From a virus (lineage: Duplodnaviria; Caudoviricetes), in IMG/VR virus record IMGVR_UViG_3300021387_000452: a stretch of DNA of 64,000 nucleotides; one strand, 5' to 3'. The notes beneath the pieces were generated by a model that was given only the letters and a program-made list of their open reading frames with translations, was not told where the DNA came from and ran no database searches. Made by a program: the position numbers and the translations under genes. Of the stretch, positions 41,865 through 49,029 are shown in pieces (positions within the stretch are counted from its first letter, which is position 1; every line of letters begins with the position of its first letter).

Positions 41865-42297
41865 GGTTGAGAGTTTTCCTACAAAGATTTTTATCGTCAG
41901 CTTCAGATTTCACCCAAGCACGCCATTCGGCAGAGTCATATTGAAATTCTAGAAATAATTAAGACCATCCCTATTTCCACTCTACTTAACTCTATTGCTG
42001 AGTCAGTTTAGACTGAATGAAACCTCTTATGGTAACTGATGATCGTGAGGCATTATTTCATGCTTATGAGAATTTCGACTCTACCTTATGGATTTTATTG
42101 TTTGTACCGATCTTTAGCGGGATTTGTACATTGACTTTTATGTGAATTCCGTAGCACTCACATCAATGTAATTCTACACCCACACACGGGTTTGACACTG
42201 TTAGAAATCTCTAAATCAATCCGTGATGAAATAGAGCGTGAATAAGTACAACGTTGCTACTATAATATACAAGTAGCAGACGTTAAATTTAACAAAT

Positions 42298-42333
42298 AAA
42301 AGCTCAGCTACAAATTTCTTCATAGCTGAGCTT
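42298..42333 (-). terminator. terminator downstream of dNK gene
   Basis: AAAGCTCAGCTA/TAGCTGAGCTTT stem with T-rich tail on minus strand. Confidence 0.7.
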
Positions 42334-42391
42334 TACAAAGATCATGAGCTACTTGAAAGTAACCGCATTTAATATAATAGATATTGAGTAG

Positions 42392-43024
42392 TTAGACATA
42401 GTTCATTTCATCATTTTTAACTGAAGCGCTGTAGCTGTTTATTGCTTGATTTACATTTTCATAAACGATGTCAGCATTTGGAGTTGCATCTATTGTAATA
42501 ATGTTTGTATGTTTACTAAGCTTTTCTAACACTGTTTTATATGCTTTATTCAAACTCTTTAGATATTTGAGTGGAATTTCTGATTCGCAGTCTCTAGATC
42601 TTTCTTTAATTCTCTCAAGAGTTTGTTCTGGACTTAGCTGCAGCCAGATCACAACGTCTGGATATGCTGTTTGAGCAGTGATTATTCTATGCATGTTAAT
42701 GTACGTGTTATATTCATCATCTGTAAAATAACCATGATCATGCTGCAGCATAGCAAAAGCAAAGTCAGAATATATTGAGCTGTCAAGAATTACAGTCTCG
42801 CCTTTCATTGACTTCATGAAGGCTTCTTGGACTTGCTTATATCTTTCCCACAAATAATACACCTGTAGAGTAAAACTCCATCTATTTGGATCTTTATAGT
42901 AATCGCTTAGAAATGGATTGCTATCAACTGGTTCCTCAAACACAGTGTAGCTATTATTACTAGCTAGCTTATTTACAAGCGTAGATTTGCCCGTGCCTAT
43001 AAGCCCAAGAATAGATACTATCAT
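42392..43024 (-). CDS. deoxynucleoside kinase (dNK family)
   Basis: GLIGTGKST P-loop, EEPVDSNPFLSDYYKDPNRWSFTLQ, PDVVIWL, RIKERSRDCE lid, YLKSLNKAY. Confidence 0.92.
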   Translation of the reverse strand: MIVSILGLIGTGKSTLVNKLASNNSYTVFEEPVDSNPFLSDYYKDPNRWSFTLQVYYLWERYKQVQEAFMKSMKGETVILDSSIYSDFAFAMLQHDHGYFTDDEYNTYINMHRIITAQTAYPDVVIWLQLSPEQTLERIKERSRDCESEIPLKYLKSLNKAYKTVLEKLSKHTNIITIDATPNADIVYENVNQAINSYSASVKNDEMNYV

Positions 43025-43044
43025 ACAAACTCCTAGATAAAATA

Positions 43045-43067
43045 AAAGCGCGTAGTGTACGCGCTTT
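43045..43067 (-). terminator. terminator
   Basis: AAAGCGCGTA-GTG-TACGCGCTTT hairpin with T-tract. Confidence 0.75.
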
Positions 43068-43078
43068 ATTGATTCAAT

Positions 43079-43810
43079 TTACTCGATAAAGTTGTCTAAG
43101 AAGTGGTCAATGAGATTATCTTTTGCTGTATTTAAAGAATTTGATATAGTACCAACGACTTTCCCGTTATACTCAGTCTTAAAGCTGTCTATATCGTCAG
43201 CAATGATTGTATATTCAGCAATAAGATCTGGGTTATAAATACCAACCACAGCTATGCCAAGATTAGCATATTTGCTATCAACTTCTACAACAACACCAGA
43301 GTCATATTCATCAGATAGAGAGTCTTCAATATCTTGTCTTATGCTTTCACAGTCCATACCACTAAGAGACACAGCTTCTAATTTACGTGTTCTTTTTTCA
43401 TACTGTCTCTTTCTATTATTTTGCAGTATTTCAAGAATGAACTTCGCTACAGTGTTTACATCTTTATCAAGACTGAATGGCTTAAGAGTGTCTATCTTAA
43501 GATTATTTTTATCAAATGCTGTACAATACATATTATTTCTATCAGGCCCACTAATGATGAAGCTTACGTTATTATATGCATCGTCAGCTGTAAGAACAAG
43601 ATGAAACTGCTGCTTTTCACCAGTCTTTGTTGGTGCTTCACTTGTATGAAGAACTTTTCCGATTGTTGGATATTTACTAAAGAGCTTGTTTGTAAATGCT
43701 GGCTCATCTGATCTCTTTGGTTTGCCAAAACCAAGAAATTCATTTTTCTGTTTACCATTGATGAGTCTTTCTAATCGACTCACTCTATCTTCAAGAGTAG
43801 GTCTTTTCAT
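43079..43810 (-). CDS. hypothetical protein with LEDRVSRLERLI leader (putative head-packaged protein)
   Basis: MKRPTLEDRVSRLERLINGKQKNEF N-terminus. Confidence 0.7.
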   Translation of the reverse strand: MKRPTLEDRVSRLERLINGKQKNEFLGFGKPKRSDEPAFTNKLFSKYPTIGKVLHTSEAPTKTGEKQQFHLVLTADDAYNNVSFIISGPDRNNMYCTAFDKNNLKIDTLKPFSLDKDVNTVAKFILEILQNNRKRQYEKRTRKLEAVSLSGMDCESIRQDIEDSLSDEYDSGVVVEVDSKYANLGIAVVGIYNPDLIAEYTIIADDIDSFKTEYNGKVVGTISNSLNTAKDNLIDHFLDNFIE

Positions 43811-43821
43811 ACGATCACCTC

Positions 43822-44163
43822 TCAGTCTTCATCATCTTCGTCATCTGCATAATAGTCTACATCAGCAGAGTAGCCGAGTGTGTATAGGTCACCACATACT
43901 CCGTTTAATAGAGCATAGATGCTATCTCCGGCTTCTGGATCTCCGCCAAAGTCTTCTATAGCTTGATCACATTTTTTAGCATCATCTAATAGAGCATTAA
44001 GAGTTTTCCATGATTTCTTTACAGCAACTAGTATTCTATCAAATGGAGCTCTAGCATTATCATCATTTGCGATGCTTGTGTATAAGCCCTCATTTTTAGT
44101 TCTTGAAATTTTTAGTAAATTTTCTAATCTAGATATCCTAGACTCTAAAGTAGACTTTTTCAT
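43822..44163 (-). CDS. hypothetical acidic protein with LESRISRLENLL leader (putative head-packaged protein)
   Basis: MKKSTLESRISRLENLLKISRTKNEG N-terminus. Confidence 0.7.
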   Translation of the reverse strand: MKKSTLESRISRLENLLKISRTKNEGLYTSIANDDNARAPFDRILVAVKKSWKTLNALLDDAKKCDQAIEDFGGDPEAGDSIYALLNGVCGDLYTLGYSADVDYYADDEDDED

Positions 44164-44165
44164 AG

Positions 44166-45251
44166 TTATATCCCCATGAGTAAACGTTGATAAATTGAAA
44201 ATAATGCAGTTTGAAAGCGTATATCACTATCGAATGAATTTATTGTAAAGTCATCCATAGCAACTTTATATAGATTCATAATTGATCTAGCATCGAACTG
44301 TCTCACTATAGCATCAATGATTGGTTCTACAATATAATCAGGATTAAAGCATTTTTTAGCTAGATCAAGAAATAGACTTTGGTAGTCATCTTTGATGAGA
44401 GCTATTGGAATTCTCATAACTCTATCAACTAACTCCATCATAATGTCTTTGTGCTTTTTAACATCATTTGCTGATGCTCTAACATTTTTAGTTAGCCAGA
44501 GTACTTGAGCAAAGTACTTTGCTAAGTATACATAGCCAGACTCTTCAAGATTTAAGAAGTCTTTCTCTCCAATTATTAGATATTTCTCAAACAGTTTATG
44601 CGCGTCTCTCATATGCCCCTTTGATCTAAGAGCGATTAGATTAGCTACTTGATCTGGTAACTGAACATCTTGCTCAGACGCTATCTTTTTGAGATTGCTT
44701 ATGACTTCTTCCTTTGATTTAACACTAAAATTTAATGTTAAAGATCGTGATATGATAGTTGGTAATATAGCATCTTTATCTGTAGTGCACAACAAGTAAT
44801 AAATGTTTGGCGGCGCATCTTCAAATACTTTTAATAGTGCTGACTGCCCAATTCTACTAATAAGATGACATTCATCAAGTACTATCACTCTCTTTTTTCC
44901 TCTAGGCACAAATGTAAGATCTTCATATAAATCTCTAATGCTATCAACATTGCCTACTATAGACGAATCTAGCTCCATGTAGAATGGCGTATTGTTATTC
45001 ACATCAGATTTGCATGATTCACACTCGCCGCAGAGATCATCTCTAAGATTAGAGCAATTTACAGCTCTAGCAAAGCATCTTGCAGATGTAGTTTTCCCAC
45101 AGCCATAAGCGCCTGCCAAGATGAGTGTCTGCGGCCCACCATGTTTAGCGATTTCAAGAAGTAATCGATTATTGACTTCATTTCCAACAATGTCTGAAAA
45201 TTTCTGTGGCCTGTAGTTGTACTTTGTAGTATTCATATTTATACCTAACAC
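44166..45251 (-). CDS. dnaX: clamp loader, DNA polymerase III gamma/tau-like
   Basis: YRPQKFSDIVG, GAYGCGKTT, VNC...CGECESC zinc module, LDECH, ALLKVFED, TIISRS, GHMRDA. Confidence 0.9.
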   Translation of the reverse strand: MLGINMNTTKYNYRPQKFSDIVGNEVNNRLLLEIAKHGGPQTLILAGAYGCGKTTSARCFARAVNCSNLRDDLCGECESCKSDVNNNTPFYMELDSSIVGNVDSIRDLYEDLTFVPRGKKRVIVLDECHLISRIGQSALLKVFEDAPPNIYYLLCTTDKDAILPTIISRSLTLNFSVKSKEEVISNLKKIASEQDVQLPDQVANLIALRSKGHMRDAHKLFEKYLIIGEKDFLNLEESGYVYLAKYFAQVLWLTKNVRASANDVKKHKDIMMELVDRVMRIPIALIKDDYQSLFLDLAKKCFNPDYIVEPIIDAIVRQFDARSIMNLYKVAMDDFTINSFDSDIRFQTALFSIYQRLLMGI

Positions 45252-45252
45252 A

Positions 45253-45284
45253 AAAACCTAGTAGCACAATCACTACTAGGTTTT
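45253..45284 (-). terminator. terminator downstream of the tRNA-like element
   Basis: AAAACCTAGTAG/CTACTAGGTTTT 12-bp stem. Confidence 0.75.
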
Positions 45285-45313
45285 ATATACAGGAACTTTC
45301 TTATCTTTGTAAA

Positions 45314-45382
45314 TATCTCAATATGGATTCGAACCATAAATTATGCTTATGCATTGTGATTACCAGATTTCACCATTGAGAT
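45314..45382 (-). ncRNA. tRNA-like RNA with collapsed anticodon arm (tRNA mimic or pseudo-tRNA)
   Basis: ATCTCAA-TG-GTGA-AATCTGGTAA-TCAC-A-ATGCATAAGCAT-AATT-TATGG-TTCGAAT-CCATA-TTGAGAT-A: perfect acceptor, D and T stems, canonical T-loop, anticodon arm only 12 nt. Confidence 0.8.
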
Positions 45383-45454
45383 ACTCTAACATCAAAATAC
45401 ATACAGCTGATAGTATCTTATGGGATAAGATGTTAGTACTTAAACTTATAGATA

Positions 45455-45616
45455 TTACATAGGGCTCTTGTCTCTCTTATATCCATGAATGTTGTAGTCC
45501 GAGTACTCATCGCGCGAATAATCTTCTTTTACTTGATTCTTTCTTCGCTTATAGTCCTTTGACTTATTACGGTTTGAGTTATCAGAAAACACTTCCTTCT
45601 TAAAAGACTTTCCCAT
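45455..45616 (-). CDS. small basic hypothetical protein (53 aa, absent from ORF track)
   Basis: AGGA RBS; MGKSFKKEVFSDNSNRNKSKDYKRRKNQVKEDYSRDEYSDYNIHGYKRDKSPM*. Confidence 0.65.
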   Translation of the reverse strand: MGKSFKKEVFSDNSNRNKSKDYKRRKNQVKEDYSRDEYSDYNIHGYKRDKSPM

Positions 45617-45641
45617 ATAATCCTACTCTTTGATTCTAATC

Positions 45642-46742
45642 CTATCGGTTGCATACATCAATAATTGCTTGAGTTGTGTCGTCAAACACAATAATATATC
45701 CGCACTCAAGCGAACAATCATCTGTAATATAGATATTTACTTCATCAGCACGCTTTTCCTGAAACATCTTAAGTGTTTTAAGTAATACTCCAGATGCTAC
45801 TTCAATACTTTGAGAAGTATCTTGAACATTTCCTACGCGCTTTGTTTGAAGTGTTGAAACGTGTTTAGCCGCCAATACGTTCTTCACTGATACTCTAAAT
45901 AAGCCGTCTTTAATAGAAAGATCTAGAATGTGTTTTGATGATGAGTATTCTTCGGCAAATACGCAGATCTTATATAGATCATCACAGCTTACTTTAATGT
46001 AGTCAGTAAGATCTGTTCTATATTTAATGTTTGCTGAGTCTACTTCAGCGGCCATAATAGCATATTTGAATTTCGGACCAGTAAATAAAATCCTTTCAGC
46101 ATCAGAAGTAACTGAGCTAATTACTAACTCAAACTCATTCTTTAGTAGAGTCTTGAGCATTGCTGCATCATCACGATGAATTGTAATATCAGCAAATTCA
46201 CCAGTAGTCACTACTCCAGATCTACGAGAAGTCACAGTCATTTGATCTTTACTAAACTGAATGTACTTATCTCTAGCATAGTTATAATCTTGAGTATAAC
46301 TTAAGACTGATGATATAGCATTTCTAAATTTAACCGAGTTAACTCTGCCAATTTCAGAAGCATCACCATTGAAGTTGTAGTTATTGAGATCTACTTCAAC
46401 AGTCTTAAACGGTAGCCACCCACCGCCAATGATATTAAACTCATACTGACTTATATTCTTTCTAATAGCAAATCTGTTACTATTTGCACATTTCACAAGA
46501 GCAGTTAAATCATTGATTGATATAGCAATTGGCTCATCAATAACATTATCATCATTATATAATTCAGCAGAATACTCAATATAATTTGATCTATTACTGT
46601 CAACTGATTTGCAAATAAGCTTACCATTTTCTACATGAAGTAAAGCAATTCGCGATCCTTTTGAATTGCTCATTGACTTTGCAAACATTAGAAATGTTGT
46701 AAAGTCTTCGCCACTAAAATATAAGTTAGGTGTTTCGTTCAT
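45642..46742 (-). CDS. sliding clamp, DNA polymerase III beta-like
   Basis: 366 aa (beta-clamp length) with three-domain beta/alpha periodicity; close to the DnaX-like loader. Confidence 0.65.
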   Translation of the reverse strand: MNETPNLYFSGEDFTTFLMFAKSMSNSKGSRIALLHVENGKLICKSVDSNRSNYIEYSAELYNDDNVIDEPIAISINDLTALVKCANSNRFAIRKNISQYEFNIIGGGWLPFKTVEVDLNNYNFNGDASEIGRVNSVKFRNAISSVLSYTQDYNYARDKYIQFSKDQMTVTSRRSGVVTTGEFADITIHRDDAAMLKTLLKNEFELVISSVTSDAERILFTGPKFKYAIMAAEVDSANIKYRTDLTDYIKVSCDDLYKICVFAEEYSSSKHILDLSIKDGLFRVSVKNVLAAKHVSTLQTKRVGNVQDTSQSIEVASGVLLKTLKMFQEKRADEVNIYITDDCSLECGYIIVFDDTTQAIIDVCNR

Positions 46743-46745
46743 AGA

Positions 46746-47639
46746 CTAAGCTCCAATTGTGTCTAAATAATCTGAGATTTTAACTCTGCAGTCATAAGGT
46801 ATATCTAGCTGTGCGAAATAGTCGCGTATGTTTAGATCAGACGAAGTGTATGATGAAGTAATAAACTTCACAAGATCTTTCATTGAAAAGCCAGCTTGGT
46901 TAGTTTGATCTATTACGTTTGTAAATACTTTTTCTGCTGGATCACATTGCACATCTACATAAACTGACTTATGATTAGTGCAATTAAACACCAGGACCCG
47001 TGGCGTTCGCAATTTATTATATGGCTCTGATGTACTGCGTGATAGTGAGCCTGGTCTATATAGTAGAGTATTTTCTACAGTAATAGTATCACATGGGACA
47101 TGATAATGGCCAAGAATCATTGCATCGTAATTAAGAGACTTAATATCATCAGCTGTTAAAGAATCCCATGAAAGACCGAACTCGTAATAACGATGAGCAA
47201 CACATACGCTATAATTATCACTAGCATTACTTGTTAGCTCATCTGGATAATTAAAACAATTGAATTCTACATCATCAACACTCAATACTCTAGGAGCTAA
47301 CTTAATATACCCTGTAGATATAAGAATCCCAAGAGCTGATGATTCTAGGCTATCCATACGATTATTCTTGATGTCATGATTCCCAACTATTGTATACACT
47401 GTAATTCCAGCATCATAAATTTTTCTAAAAGAGTTTATTACTTTAGCCAAATATGGAAGTGTTGTAGTATGTGAATCAAACACATCGCCTAGAATAATAA
47501 TCTTATCGCAGCTAAAGTTATTAGCTGTATCTATCAAGCTCTCTAACTTATTAAGAATTGCAGTAGGGTAATCATCACATCTAGAAATTGGAGATGATCC
47601 TTTTAGATGAGTATCTCCAACAAAAATAACGTTACTCAT
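46746..47639 (-). CDS. sbcD: SbcD/Mre11-family nuclease
   Basis: Phosphoesterase motifs GDTH, LGDVFD, GNHD, VAH, LGHYH, PGSL. Confidence 0.9.
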   Translation of the reverse strand: MSNVIFVGDTHLKGSSPISRCDDYPTAILNKLESLIDTANNFSCDKIIILGDVFDSHTTTLPYLAKVINSFRKIYDAGITVYTIVGNHDIKNNRMDSLESSALGILISTGYIKLAPRVLSVDDVEFNCFNYPDELTSNASDNYSVCVAHRYYEFGLSWDSLTADDIKSLNYDAMILGHYHVPCDTITVENTLLYRPGSLSRSTSEPYNKLRTPRVLVFNCTNHKSVYVDVQCDPAEKVFTNVIDQTNQAGFSMKDLVKFITSSYTSSDLNIRDYFAQLDIPYDCRVKISDYLDTIGA

Positions 47640-47640
47640 A

Positions 47641-47949
47641 CTATGAAGCCTTTATTCGTGCGTACTGTTCTTCTATGTCAGATAATAGCGTGCTTAGATC
47701 ATTAGTCATGTCAGTAACTGTCTTTTCAACAGATTCTACAGTTGAAAGATCTTTATCCGGGTACTTTTCTTGTATTGCTTTAATTTCAGATATAAGTTGC
47801 TCTTTCTTTGCTTCACATCGTAGCTTTTCAGCCGTTAATTCGGCATGCTTACTCTTTAATAGTGCAAATTTGTCTATCAGTTCCTGAGTGTTCATACTAT
47901 CTCCAGTAATAAAAAGACCCCAAGCATTGTTAAAACACTTGGGGTCCAA
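47641..47949 (-). CDS. small coiled-coil protein directly upstream of SbcD
   Basis: Likely start MNTQELID after GGAG; heptad pattern throughout. Confidence 0.7.
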   Translation of the reverse strand: MDPKCFNNAWGLFITGDSMNTQELIDKFALLKSKHAELTAEKLRCEAKKEQLISEIKAIQEKYPDKDLSTVESVEKTVTDMTNDLSTLLSDIEEQYARIKAS

Positions 47950-47986
47950 TGCTCATGCTATTATATACATGAGATATTGAATTATT

Positions 47987-48265
47987 TTACTGATTGAGCA
48001 TATCTTTAGTTTTCTTTACAAGCTTAAATTTCATTGATCGCTTAGCTGGAATATCGATTGTCTCTCCAGTTTGAGGATTGCGACCTTTTCGAGCAGCACT
48101 TTCTTTAAGAGAAAATTTACCAAGATCTCCAAAGTTAACTTCTTCACCAGACTTAACAAGCTCAACAACTAGTTTTGATAGCTTTGACACTGTCTCATCA
48201 GCTTTATCAACGCTTGAAAGTTCGAGAGCTTCTTTTACTTTCTTCATGAAATCTGGTTTGTTCAT
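47987..48265 (-). CDS. hup: HU-family DNA-binding protein
   Basis: GEEVNFGDLGKF, ARKGRNPQTGETIDIPAKRSMKF. Confidence 0.95.
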   Translation of the reverse strand: MNKPDFMKKVKEALELSSVDKADETVSKLSKLVVELVKSGEEVNFGDLGKFSLKESAARKGRNPQTGETIDIPAKRSMKFKLVKKTKDMLNQ

Positions 48266-48342
48266 ACTTCGTTTCTCCTTAAATTGTTGGTTGTAATTAA
48301 AATAAATGTGGAATCATCCACATTTAATATAGATATTAAGCT

Positions 48343-48783
48343 CTAGAAAGAGAATCTGTTAGCATCTATTACTTCGCTTGCAAAACCGTAATTAGTGCTA
48401 TAGTAGATTCTCTGAATTCCTTTGTCAATGATGAATGGCATACAACTACTACACGGTCTAGCCATTCCATAGCCGCCACTTTTCTTTAATCTTACTATGT
48501 AAAGCTCCAAATCTTTATAAGATATGTCTTGTTTTATTTGGTTTATACATGCAATTTCAGCATGTAATGTATGCATATTCTTTAAATAATTAGTATCACT
48601 AAATCGATACTTATCATATATAGCTTGCATTGGATGAGTCTTAAGCTTGTTTGCTGAGGCAGCAATAATTTTATTCTTTAGAACAGCTATGCATCCAACA
48701 TGAAACACATCAAACTGAGATTCATTTGCTATTTGTGCTGCTCTTTCAAAGAATTTTAACTGCTGCCTAGAAAACATAATCAC
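48343..48783 (-). CDS. cytidine/dCMP deaminase-family protein
   Basis: HVGCI, HAE, ARPCSSC zinc motifs. Confidence 0.88.
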   Translation of the reverse strand: MIMFSRQQLKFFERAAQIANESQFDVFHVGCIAVLKNKIIAASANKLKTHPMQAIYDKYRFSDTNYLKNMHTLHAEIACINQIKQDISYKDLELYIVRLKKSGGYGMARPCSSCMPFIIDKGIQRIYYSTNYGFASEVIDANRFSF

Positions 48784-48828
48784 CTCATAACTAACTCAAC
48801 CAGTATTATACACTAAATGTGAAATAAG

Positions 48829-49029
48829 TTAATCATCACTGGTGTCTTTTTCAACTTCTGGAGCTGCTCTTCCTATTGATGCATAATATTGCTTTTTTGC
48901 GTCTTGCCAATCATGATATGAATTCATTATTGCAACGCACGAAGTGCCTTTAAATGAGGCATGATATTTCTTTTCACACTCATCCATTTTTTGTTTAAGT
49001 TCTTCAGAAGTTGGTTTACGTGTCTGCAT
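48829..49029 (-). CDS. small hypothetical protein
   Basis: GGAG RBS before ATG at 49029 (MQTRKPTSEELKQKMDE...), overlapping the stop of the SbcC N-half. Confidence 0.6.
   Translation of the reverse strand: MQTRKPTSEELKQKMDECEKKYHASFKGTSCVAIMNSYHDWQDAKKQYYASIGRAAPEVEKDTSDD

Larger units (their letters stand above)
40930..42290. other. hairpin-dense non-coding region: candidate replication origin and/or large structured ncRNA
   Basis: No convincing CDS; more than 12 inverted repeats; AT-rich tract 41240-41300; duplicated GATTAG-type repeat block. Confidence 0.55.

Noticed and set aside
41297-41866. DGR template/variable repeat pair (A-specific differences)
   Set aside because: All changes are A to G rather than A to N, neither copy lies at the end of a credible target gene, and there is no reverse transcriptase in the window.
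41174-41944. Short ORFs 41174-41365, 41454-41669, 41702-41944 and 41716-41913
   Set aside because: Mostly low-complexity translations of the hexamer repeats (RIKIRIEI, NLNSNLNP) with no convincing RBS; better explained as non-coding sequence.
40930-42290. CRISPR array, tmRNA, RNase P RNA or group I intron
   Set aside because: No regularly spaced repeats, no tRNA-like termini with a tag ORF, no GAGGAAAGTCC, and no recognisable intron core or interrupted gene.
45314-45382. Canonical tRNA-Leu(TAA) or tRNA-Met(CAT)
   Set aside because: The anticodon arm cannot form a 5-bp stem with a 7-nt loop; reported as tRNA-like instead.
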